Below are positions 27,064 to 34,738 of a stretch of DNA of 56,707 bases, piece after piece. This DNA comes from Candidatus Binataceae bacterium (lineage in GTDB: Bacteria; Desulfobacterota; Binatia; Binatales; Binataceae): contig DATLRA010000071.1 of the NCBI GenBank assembly GCA_035534935.1, positions 1 to 56,707 of the forward strand, in the 5' to 3' direction. The position numbers were made by a program, and so were the translations under genes. Under the pieces are notes generated by a model. The model was not told the DNA's origin. It made no database searches and worked only from the letters and a program-made list of their open reading frames with translations. Numbering within the stretch: the first letter of the stretch is position 1; each line of letters opens with the position of its first letter.

Positions 27064-28077
27064 CTAATCCTGATCGTCGGATTCGGTCGGCTCGGCGGGG
27101 TCAATCTGATCCGGCTCCGCGGTATCGGCGGGCGCGAATTGGACTTCGCTCGTGGATTCGGGCTCGCTGGTGAAATTGGCTTCGCCTGGCGCTTCGGCTT
27201 CGTCCACGAAGTCGGCGGCGCATTCGGATTCCGCGAGCGGCTCGACGACCTCGGTGGCGTGATGGTCATCGGGGCCGTGCGCCTCTTGGGCCGACTGCTC
27301 CGCGTCAAACGGCGCAGCTTCACTCGCCGCGTCGGCGGCCGATTCGGCGGCGCGCTCGGCGGCTGCGTCAATTGCCAACTCTTCCACTTTGCCCACCGGA
27401 CCGTCCGCTTCGCCCGCCAGGCCCGCGGATTCGTCCGGCGCGGTGGATTCGTCCGGCGGATGGCCGTTGCCGTCGGGCATTCGATCCGGATCGTCGCGCG
27501 CCACTTCGACCGCGCGCAACTCGGCGAGGTCGGGCAGGCTGGCGAGATCTTTCAGTCCGAAGAGTTCAAGAAATTCGGGCGTCGTCGCGTACATCAGCGG
27601 ACGCCCGGGGGCTTCTTTGCGGCCCTCGATTTTGACCAGGTTGCGTTCGGTCAGGGTGTCCAGCACGCCGCCGCAATCGACGCCGCGCAGCAGCTCGATT
27701 TCCGGCCGCGTGATCGGCTGGCGATAGGCGATAATCGCGACGGTTTCGAGCAGCGGCCGGCTAAGCCGCGGCGGCTTGGAGGCGAGCAGCCGGCGCACGT
27801 ACGCGGCGTGCTCGCGCGGGGTGCGCAACTGGTAGCCGCCGGCGACCTCCTCGAGCACGCAGCCGCGCCCGCCCGCGTTGCCGGCCGCGATCATCGCGCC
27901 GAGCGCATTGCGAATCTCCTCGCGCGGCACCGATTCGATCGCCGAGACCAGTTGCGCCAGCGCGACCGGTTCGCCCGCCGCAAAGAGCAGGCTTTCGAGA
28001 ATTGCCTTGAGGTGTTCTTCTTCCACCAGTATTCGCGCGCGCGACTTAAGCGCCGCGCTCCTCCCCTCCGCGATCAT
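27064..28077 (-). CDS. scpB: Segregation and condensation protein B (ScpB) with a long acidic C-terminal extension
   Basis: LKAILESLLFAAGEPV and the winged-helix core are typical of ScpB. It lies immediately downstream of scpA. The start is uncertain (ATG 28077 overlapping scpA, or GTG 28026). Confidence 0.85.
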   Translation of the reverse strand: MIAEGRSAALKSRARILVEEEHLKAILESLLFAAGEPVALAQLVSAIESVPREEIRNALGAMIAAGNAGGRGCVLEEVAGGYQLRTPREHAAYVRRLLASKPPRLSRPLLETVAIIAYRQPITRPEIELLRGVDCGGVLDTLTERNLVKIEGRKEAPGRPLMYATTPEFLELFGLKDLASLPDLAELRAVEVARDDPDRMPDGNGHPPDESTAPDESAGLAGEADGPVGKVEELAIDAAAERAAESAADAASEAAPFDAEQSAQEAHGPDDHHATEVVEPLAESECAADFVDEAEAPGEANFTSEPESTSEVQFAPADTAEPDQIDPAEPTESDDQD

Positions 28078-28894
28078 CGTCGCCGCCGTCCGCGCCAGGC
28101 GCTTCGTCCGCTCCATCCGCCACATCCGCCGCGGGATGCGGCTCGGTGTAGCGCTCGCCGCGGCCCAGCATGATCGGTCCGTGCCGCTCGTCCTGCCACG
28201 CATGCACCGCGCCGCGCCGGATCAATTCGAGCAACGCCATGAAGGTCGCGATGATCAGCTGACGATCGGCCAGATCGTCGAACAGCGCGATGAACTCGAT
28301 CCGGTCGCTGCCGCCGATCGCGGCCAGGATGCGCGGGATGCAATGCGCCACCGGGATGTCGCGCAGCTCGATCCGCCGCGGCGTGCGATCGCCCAGCCGC
28401 TTGAGCACCGCCGCCATCGCGCTGACCAGGTCGAAGATCGAAACCGCGTAGGGCGCCGACGCCGCGGTCTCGGCGGGCGCCGCCTGGCGCGGCGCGGCGA
28501 ACACGTCGCGGCCGAGCAGCGGGCGTTCGCCGAGCTTGGCCGCCGCTTCGCGATAGCGCTGGTACTCGAGCAGCCGTTCGACCAGGTCGCGTTTGAGTTC
28601 GTCGCCCTCGTCGGTGTCGTCGATCTGCGGATGGGGTAGCAGGGCGAACGACTTGATCAGCAGCAGCGTCGCCGCCATCACCAGGTACTCGCCCGCGACA
28701 TCGAGATTGAGCTGCTCCATCAGGTTGAGATGTTCGAGATACTGCTCCGTGATGATCCGCGTGGTGACGTCCTGCGCGGACAGTTCGGCGCGCTTGACCA
28801 GATGCAGCAGGAGGTCGAGCGGCCCCTCGTAAATCGGCAGGCGAAAACGCACACCGCCGCCGTCAAACCCGGCCGGCGCACCTTCGTCGCTCAT
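28046..28894 (-). CDS. scpA: Segregation and condensation protein A (ScpA)
   Basis: The YEGPLDLLLHLVKRAEL motif is present. The ATG at 28894 overlaps the upstream stop (ATGA). Confidence 0.88.
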   Translation of the reverse strand: MSDEGAPAGFDGGGVRFRLPIYEGPLDLLLHLVKRAELSAQDVTTRIITEQYLEHLNLMEQLNLDVAGEYLVMAATLLLIKSFALLPHPQIDDTDEGDELKRDLVERLLEYQRYREAAAKLGERPLLGRDVFAAPRQAAPAETAASAPYAVSIFDLVSAMAAVLKRLGDRTPRRIELRDIPVAHCIPRILAAIGGSDRIEFIALFDDLADRQLIIATFMALLELIRRGAVHAWQDERHGPIMLGRGERYTEPHPAADVADGADEAPGADGGDDDRGGEERGA

Positions 28895-29538
28895 AGCAGC
28901 ACCCGCGCGATTGCGTTGATTATCGGGTCGATCACCACGCCCACCCAGTTCGTGTAGAGCAGCACCAACAGTATCAGAAATCCGAAGCGCTCGAGCCTCG
29001 CAAAGCGCATCGCCAGCGGCCGCGGCAGCAGTCCGGCGAGCACCCGGCCGCCGTCGAGCGGCAGCAGCGGAAACAGGTTGAAGACCGCCAGCATGATGTT
29101 GACGATCACCGACGCACGCAGCATCAGAGCAAGCGGGTAGGCGATCTCCGCGCCCCACGGGCCGTTGATGAAGGGCTCGCACAGGTGCATCGCGACGGCG
29201 CTCAGCACGGCGAGTGCAAGATTGGTCAGCGGACCGGCGGCGGCCACCAGGATCATGCCGCGGCGCGGATCGCGCAGGCGGCTGAAATTTACCGGCACCG
29301 GCCGCGCGTAGCCAAACACCGGCAGATGGGAAAACAGCAGCAGGCCCGGCAGGATAATCGTGCCGAACGGGTCGATGTGCGAGATCGGATTGAGCGTGAG
29401 GCGTCCGGCGCGCGCCGCCGTGTCGTCGCCGAGCATACGCGCCGTCACGCCATGCATCACCTCGTGCGCGACGATCGCGAAGATCGTCGGCACCGCCCAG
29501 ATCAACAATTGCGGCATGAAGCTCGCGATCTTGCCCAT
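28891..29538 (-). CDS. Site-2 protease family (M50) zinc metalloprotease
   Basis: Has HEVMHG (HExxH) and the NLFPLLPLDGG motif, with a multi-TM architecture. Confidence 0.85.
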   Translation of the reverse strand: MGKIASFMPQLLIWAVPTIFAIVAHEVMHGVTARMLGDDTAARAGRLTLNPISHIDPFGTIILPGLLLFSHLPVFGYARPVPVNFSRLRDPRRGMILVAAAGPLTNLALAVLSAVAMHLCEPFINGPWGAEIAYPLALMLRASVIVNIMLAVFNLFPLLPLDGGRVLAGLLPRPLAMRFARLERFGFLILLVLLYTNWVGVVIDPIINAIARVLL

Positions 29539-29539
29539 C

Positions 29540-30571
29540 TCAGTCGGCCGTCTCGATCGGCGCACGCGTCTTCACCGGCGCGGCCGCGGATCGGCGGGCC
29601 CGCGGATGGAACGTGCGGTGGACCTTGCGCAGATGGCCGCGCGACAGATGCGTGTAGATTTGCGTCGTCGAAATATCGCTGTGGCCGAGCATCTCCTGCA
29701 CCGCGCGCAAGTCGGCGCCGCCCTCGACCAGGTGAGTCGCAAAGCAATGGCGCAGCGTATGCGGACTGACCCAGGCCAGGCGCGGATCGGACGCGGCCCA
29801 GCCCTTGAGCGCCTTGAAGAAGCCCTGCCGGGTCATCGCGCGGCCGAGCCGGCTGATAAAGATTGCCGAGGTCGGCCGGATGGCGGCGAGGCCGGCGCGC
29901 TTGCGCATTTTGCCGTCGGGCGTGCTCTGCTCCAGCGCCGCCTTGTGCCGCGCGGCCAGATAGGCCTTGAGCGCGCGCCGCGCCGCGCCGCCGATCGGCA
30001 CGATGCGCTCCTTGTTGCCCTTGCCGATGACCACGACGACGCCGGCTTCAAGATTGACCTGGCTGAAGCTGAGCCCGACCAGTTCCGAGACCCTGAGACC
30101 GCATCCGTAGGCCAGTTCGAGCATCGCGCGGTCGCGCCGGGCGCGCAGCGTCGTGCCGGCGATCGCCGCGAGCAAGGCCTCTACGTCGGCGCGGCCGAGC
30201 GTGCGCGGCAGGGCGCGCGGATGGGGCCGGAGCTTGAGCGCGAGGGCCGGGTCGCGCTCGATAATTTTGAGTTCGAGCATCTCGCGGATAAGCCCGCGCA
30301 CCGCCGCGAGATGGCGGCGCTGGCTGGTCACGCGATAGCCGCGGTCGGCCAGGCGCTCGAGCCAGGCGGTCAGTGTGGCGGCGTCGAGCGCCTGGGGCGG
30401 CGTCGCCGCGGCGCGGCAGAAGTCCTGAAAGTCGCGCAGGTCGCCGCCGTACGCCTCGAGCGAATTGCGGCTGAGGCCGCGCTCGACCGCCTGGCGCGCC
30501 AGATGGCGTTCGATCAGGCCGTCCCAATCTGCCTCGCGCACATCGTCAGGGAATCTCTGCACAAGGCCCAT
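29540..30571 (-). CDS. xerD: Tyrosine recombinase XerD/XerC family
   Basis: N-terminal SAM-like domain (LSRNSLEAYGGDLRDF) and the catalytic region ...HTLRHCFATHL...LGHSDISTTQIYTH. An alternative GTG start lies at 30541. Confidence 0.85.
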   Translation of the reverse strand: MGLVQRFPDDVREADWDGLIERHLARQAVERGLSRNSLEAYGGDLRDFQDFCRAAATPPQALDAATLTAWLERLADRGYRVTSQRRHLAAVRGLIREMLELKIIERDPALALKLRPHPRALPRTLGRADVEALLAAIAGTTLRARRDRAMLELAYGCGLRVSELVGLSFSQVNLEAGVVVVIGKGNKERIVPIGGAARRALKAYLAARHKAALEQSTPDGKMRKRAGLAAIRPTSAIFISRLGRAMTRQGFFKALKGWAASDPRLAWVSPHTLRHCFATHLVEGGADLRAVQEMLGHSDISTTQIYTHLSRGHLRKVHRTFHPRARRSAAAPVKTRAPIETAD

Positions 30572-30655
30572 TGTGTCATTCTGAGCGCAGCGAAGAATCC
30601 CGGGATTCTTCACGTCGCGGACTCCGTTCAGAATGACAACCTGACTTGTGCAGAG
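30555..30655. repeat. Palindromic intergenic repeat element, copy 1
   Basis: The core (30575-30637) is GTCATTCTGAGCGCAGCGAAGAATCCCG followed by a diverged inverted copy (GGGATTCTTCACGTCGCGGACTCCGTTCAGAATGAC). It is enclosed by a perfect 11-bp inverted repeat CTCTGCACAAG / CTTGTGCAGAG. Confidence 0.75.
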
Positions 30656-30699
30656 GTTCCCCACCGCCACCGCTTCATCCACCGCACGGGCCATCGCGA

Positions 30700-33456
30700 T
30701 CAGCCGGCCGCGCCGATGGCCGGAGCCGAGTCGGGACGCGCGTCGAGTTGATCGATCAGCGCGGCGCGCAGCGTGCGCATCGGTTCGAGATCGGTGAGTT
30801 TATTGCCGTTGACGTCGCACACGTAAAAGACGTCGAGTGCCTGATCGGCGTTGGTCGAAATACGCGCCAGATGGATCACGAGACCCAGGCGGTACAGCGT
30901 ATGGGTGATCGCAAAGAGCAGTCCGACGCGGTCCTGCGTGAACACGTCGACCACCGTGAATTCCTCGGAGCTGCGATTGTCGATATTGACCTCGGTCACC
31001 ACGCGGCGCACGAAGCGGCGCGCACCAAAGCGCGCGCGCTGCGCCTCGGCCACCAGCGCCGCGATGTCCTGCTCGCCGAGCAGCACGCGCTCAAGGTCGC
31101 GCTCGACCCGCGACCAGCGCTCCTCGTCCATCGCAATCGCGCCGGCGCCGCCCAGATGCGACACGCGAAACACATCGAGCGCGACGCTGTCGGCCCGCGT
31201 GGTGATGCGCGCCGAAAGGATGTTCAGATTATTCGCCGTGAGCACGCCGGCAATCTTCGAGAACAGGCCCGGCTCGTCATGCGTCACGACGATGAACTCG
31301 CTGAACTCAAGCTCCGGAAAATGGCGATGGCGGCAGACCAGCGGCCGCTCATCGATCGCGCGCATCAGCTCGAAATGCAGCTTGATGTCGCCCTCCGGCA
31401 CAGTCAGGAAATAGCGGTCGGGCATCAGTTGGAGAAATTCCGCCAGCGCGACCGGCGGCGCATGGGCCGCTTCGAGTTGATCCTTGACCGCCGCCTTGAC
31501 CAGCGCGAGGCGCCGCGCTGGATCGGCGGCTTCGTGCCCGCCATGTTCGAGCACCTTGAGCGCGCGCATGTAGAGATCGCCCAGCAGCATGTCGCGCCAG
31601 TTGTTGTAGACATTGGGGGCGACCGCGCGCATGTCGGCGAAGGTCAGCAGGTAGAGCGACTTGAGCCGATCGATCGAGCCGACCGCGCGCACGAAATCGT
31701 CGACCGTGCCGGGATTGTCGATGTCGCCCTTTTGCGCCACCTGCGACATCATCAGATGTTCGCGCACCAGGTAGACTACGAGGTCGGTCTCCTCCGCATC
31801 GAGCGCCATCCGCGCGCATACCGCCAGCGTGAGCAGCGCGCCGCGCTCATGATGGTCGTGGCCGTGGCCCTTGCCGATATCGTGGAGCAGCAGGGCGAGA
31901 AAGACCGTCGGCAGTGCCGGATGCTCGCGGGCGACTTCGGTCAGCAGCGAATTGCTGTCCTTGAATTCGCCCGCGCGCAGGCGCTCGAGTTCGCGCACCG
32001 CGGCCAGCGAATGACGGTCGACGGTGTAGATGTGGTAGAGGTCGTGCAGCACCCGCGCATACAGATTGCCGAACTCCGGGATAAGCGCGCCGAGCACGCC
32101 CGCGCGATGCATCGCCTCGAGCGTTTCGGCCACCCGCTGGCGTCCGCTCAGCACACCCATCAGGGCCATGCCGGTCTGCGGATCGTTGCGCATCGCGTCG
32201 TCGATCAGCCCCAGGTTGTCGCGCACCAGCTGATACGCGCTGCCTGACAGCTCCACGCCATGGACCTGGCAATCGGCGAAGATCGTGATCAGGTTGAGCG
32301 GCGCGCGGACGAAAAAATCATTGCTCGCGATCGCCAGCACGTTGCCCTGGATGAGCACGCCCGGGCGGATTTGGCGGCTGGTGTTGCGGCGCAGAAAGCG
32401 CGCCGGCGCCATCTCCTCGGTCACCCGCGCGATCAGCCCTTCGGAAAAGCGCAGAATCGTGCTCGCCTGCTGGTAGTATGCGCGCATCAGGTTGGCGCTG
32501 GCGCCCGCGCCGTCGGACGCGTTGAAGCCGAGCATCGGCGCAATCTGCTCCTGGAATTCAAACGTGAGCTGGTCGGTATGGCGCCGGCTCAGGAAGTGCA
32601 GCGAATTGCGCACGCGCAGCAGGAAGTCGTGCGCGAGCGCGACTTCGGCCAGTTCGGCCTCGGTGATCACGGCCTTTTGCACCAGCTCTTCGAGCGAATG
32701 AATGCGGTACTTGAACTTGGCCAGCCACATCGCGGTATGCAAATCGCGCAGCCCGCCTTCGCCCTCTTTCAGTTGCGGCTCGAGCAGATAGATCGATTCG
32801 CCGTATTGCTTGTGGCGCTTGCGGCTCTCGGCGAGCTTGGCGTTGAAGAAGCCGCGCTGGTCGCGATTGAGCACGTCGCTGACCAGCAGCTTTTCGAGCT
32901 GCGAGTTGAGCGTTTCGTCGCCGGCCAGATAGCGCGCGTCGAGAATCGCGGTCTTCTCCTTGAGATCGGCCGCCGCCATCTTGACGCATTCGGCCGCGTT
33001 ACGCACCGAGTAGCCGACCGCCAGCCCGGCGTCCCACAGCGCGTGCAGGATTATCTCGGTGACGATCTCCGTGTAGGGGCCGGGCTTGTAGTCGTGCAGG
33101 AACAGCAGATCGATATCCGAGTACGGGTTGAGCTCGCGGCGCCCGTAGCCGCCGCGCGCGACAATCGCCAGGCGCTGGTTCAGGCGCGAGAAGCGGTGCC
33201 CGTGTTCGGCGTCGGCCCAGGTAAAGAGCGCGCGCATCAGATCGTCGACCGCCGCGGTCAGCGCGCGGACGATCTCGAGACCGCCGGCGCCGCCGAGATG
33301 GCGCTCGAACAGCACCGTGCGCGCCGTCTCCAGATGCGCGCGCGCGATCACGCCGGGCTTGCGCGTGCGCTCAAATTCGGCCGCCAGCTCCGCCCGCCCG
33401 AGGATTTCACCGGTTGGTGGATTGGCGCTCGCACCATCGTCGGCGATCAGGTTCAC
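30700..33456 (-). CDS. glnD: [Protein-PII] uridylyltransferase / uridylyl-removing enzyme GlnD
   Basis: 918 aa with a nucleotidyltransferase N-terminus, an HD domain (LLLHDIGKGHGHDHHERG) and two C-terminal ACT-like regions. The GTG start overlaps the upstream stop by 4 nt. Confidence 0.92.
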   Translation of the reverse strand: MNLIADDGASANPPTGEILGRAELAAEFERTRKPGVIARAHLETARTVLFERHLGGAGGLEIVRALTAAVDDLMRALFTWADAEHGHRFSRLNQRLAIVARGGYGRRELNPYSDIDLLFLHDYKPGPYTEIVTEIILHALWDAGLAVGYSVRNAAECVKMAAADLKEKTAILDARYLAGDETLNSQLEKLLVSDVLNRDQRGFFNAKLAESRKRHKQYGESIYLLEPQLKEGEGGLRDLHTAMWLAKFKYRIHSLEELVQKAVITEAELAEVALAHDFLLRVRNSLHFLSRRHTDQLTFEFQEQIAPMLGFNASDGAGASANLMRAYYQQASTILRFSEGLIARVTEEMAPARFLRRNTSRQIRPGVLIQGNVLAIASNDFFVRAPLNLITIFADCQVHGVELSGSAYQLVRDNLGLIDDAMRNDPQTGMALMGVLSGRQRVAETLEAMHRAGVLGALIPEFGNLYARVLHDLYHIYTVDRHSLAAVRELERLRAGEFKDSNSLLTEVAREHPALPTVFLALLLHDIGKGHGHDHHERGALLTLAVCARMALDAEETDLVVYLVREHLMMSQVAQKGDIDNPGTVDDFVRAVGSIDRLKSLYLLTFADMRAVAPNVYNNWRDMLLGDLYMRALKVLEHGGHEAADPARRLALVKAAVKDQLEAAHAPPVALAEFLQLMPDRYFLTVPEGDIKLHFELMRAIDERPLVCRHRHFPELEFSEFIVVTHDEPGLFSKIAGVLTANNLNILSARITTRADSVALDVFRVSHLGGAGAIAMDEERWSRVERDLERVLLGEQDIAALVAEAQRARFGARRFVRRVVTEVNIDNRSSEEFTVVDVFTQDRVGLLFAITHTLYRLGLVIHLARISTNADQALDVFYVCDVNGNKLTDLEPMRTLRAALIDQLDARPDSAPAIGAAG

Positions 33457-34730
33457 AGGTTGCCCACCGCGGCGTCGGCGTTGAAGTAATGGACCACGGC
33501 ACGCGCGACGCCGTCAGCCAGCGCCTGCTGATATTGCGTGGACTCGAGCAGGCGCGCCTCGTCGGGGTCCGACAGAAAGCCGCACTCGATCAGCACCGAC
33601 GGCATTAACGCGCCCACCAGCACGTAAAATGGCCCCTGCATTGCTCCAAGTTCATTCACCTTAAGTCCCATCGAGGCGTCGATATCCGCGACCGTCTCGG
33701 CCTCAATCATCCGCGCCAGCGACGCCGATTCGTTGGCCTTATACTGCTGGCGCATGTCGGTCAGGATGTAGTTTAGGTTGGGCTCGCCCTCCGCACCATA
33801 GCCGCCGGACACACCGTTTTCCATGCGCGCCAGCCGGATCGTCGCGCGGTCGGTGGTGTTGTTGAGGTAATAGGTTTCGATGCCGCTCGCTGCGGCGTCG
33901 GGGCTCGAATTCAGATGGATCGAGACGAACAGGTCGGCGCCCGCGCGATTGGCCATCTGCGTGCGCTCGGCCAGCGTGAGAAACAGGTCGCTCGCGCGGG
34001 TCAGGCGGGCGTCGACGCCGCGCGCCACCAGCGCCCGCGCCACGCGCATCGCGATCGCCAGGGCGAGATCCTTTTCGGCGACCTCGCCGGCCGCCTCGGT
34101 GCCCGGATCGTGGCCGCCATGGCCGGCGTCGATCACTACCAGCGGACGTGTGCCGCGCGCCGTCTCGGCCGCATCGGCGGCGGCTGCTGGCGGCGTCTTC
34201 GCCGGTGCCGCGCGCCGCAGCGAATTCGGATAGGCCGCGGCGACGCGGTTGCGGGCCTCTACGGCCGGCGGAGAACCCGCCCCCGGCGCACGCACATGCT
34301 CCATGCGCCTCAGCAGCAGCGCGGCCAAGTCCGGCGCCGCGCCCGCCGGCGCCAGCCGCAGGATCAGCCGATGGGCGAACCGGCCGATCGCGTAATCGGT
34401 ACGGCCGGTGACCTCGACCACGATCCGCGCGGTGCCCGCGCCATCGTCGATCGATTCAACGCTAGTGATGGGGTTCTGCTCCCGCCCGCCCAACGGACGC
34501 GCCGGGATTAGCATGCGGACGTGCTCAAGGTCGATCCACAATTGCTGGCCGTGGGCGCTCAGATGCCATCCGAGGCCGCGCCCATGCACCGCGAATTGCA
34601 ACTCCACGACCGCGCCCTGCCGTTCGATCGTCGCACCGGTAATCGTTGCCGCATGGGCCGGCGCGCCACGCGCGATCACCGTCGCGATGGTCAGCGCGAT
34701 TGCGATCGCCGCGGCTCTCACCATAGCCAC
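33453..34730 (-). CDS. N-acetylmuramoyl-L-alanine amidase (AMIN domain + Amidase_3)
   Basis: Signal peptide, an AMIN-like N-terminus, and VVIDAGHGGHDPG followed by the Amidase_3 core. Confidence 0.88.
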   Translation of the reverse strand: MAMVRAAAIAIALTIATVIARGAPAHAATITGATIERQGAVVELQFAVHGRGLGWHLSAHGQQLWIDLEHVRMLIPARPLGGREQNPITSVESIDDGAGTARIVVEVTGRTDYAIGRFAHRLILRLAPAGAAPDLAALLLRRMEHVRAPGAGSPPAVEARNRVAAAYPNSLRRAAPAKTPPAAAADAAETARGTRPLVVIDAGHGGHDPGTEAAGEVAEKDLALAIAMRVARALVARGVDARLTRASDLFLTLAERTQMANRAGADLFVSIHLNSSPDAAASGIETYYLNNTTDRATIRLARMENGVSGGYGAEGEPNLNYILTDMRQQYKANESASLARMIEAETVADIDASMGLKVNELGAMQGPFYVLVGALMPSVLIECGFLSDPDEARLLESTQYQQALADGVARAVVHYFNADAAVGNL

Positions 34731-34738
34731 GCGCCAGC

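Noticed and set aside
29540-30571. Tyrosine recombinase as the integrase of a mobile island.
   Set aside because: The sequence is XerC/XerD-like. It is embedded in a host-composition housekeeping array next to scpA and scpB, with no flanking tRNA, att-like repeats or cargo genes.
30575-30637. Possibility that the repeated 27-28-nt unit marks a CRISPR array.
   Set aside because: The units occur as inverted pairs at two distant loci rather than as direct repeats with unique spacers of regular length. No cas genes are present.
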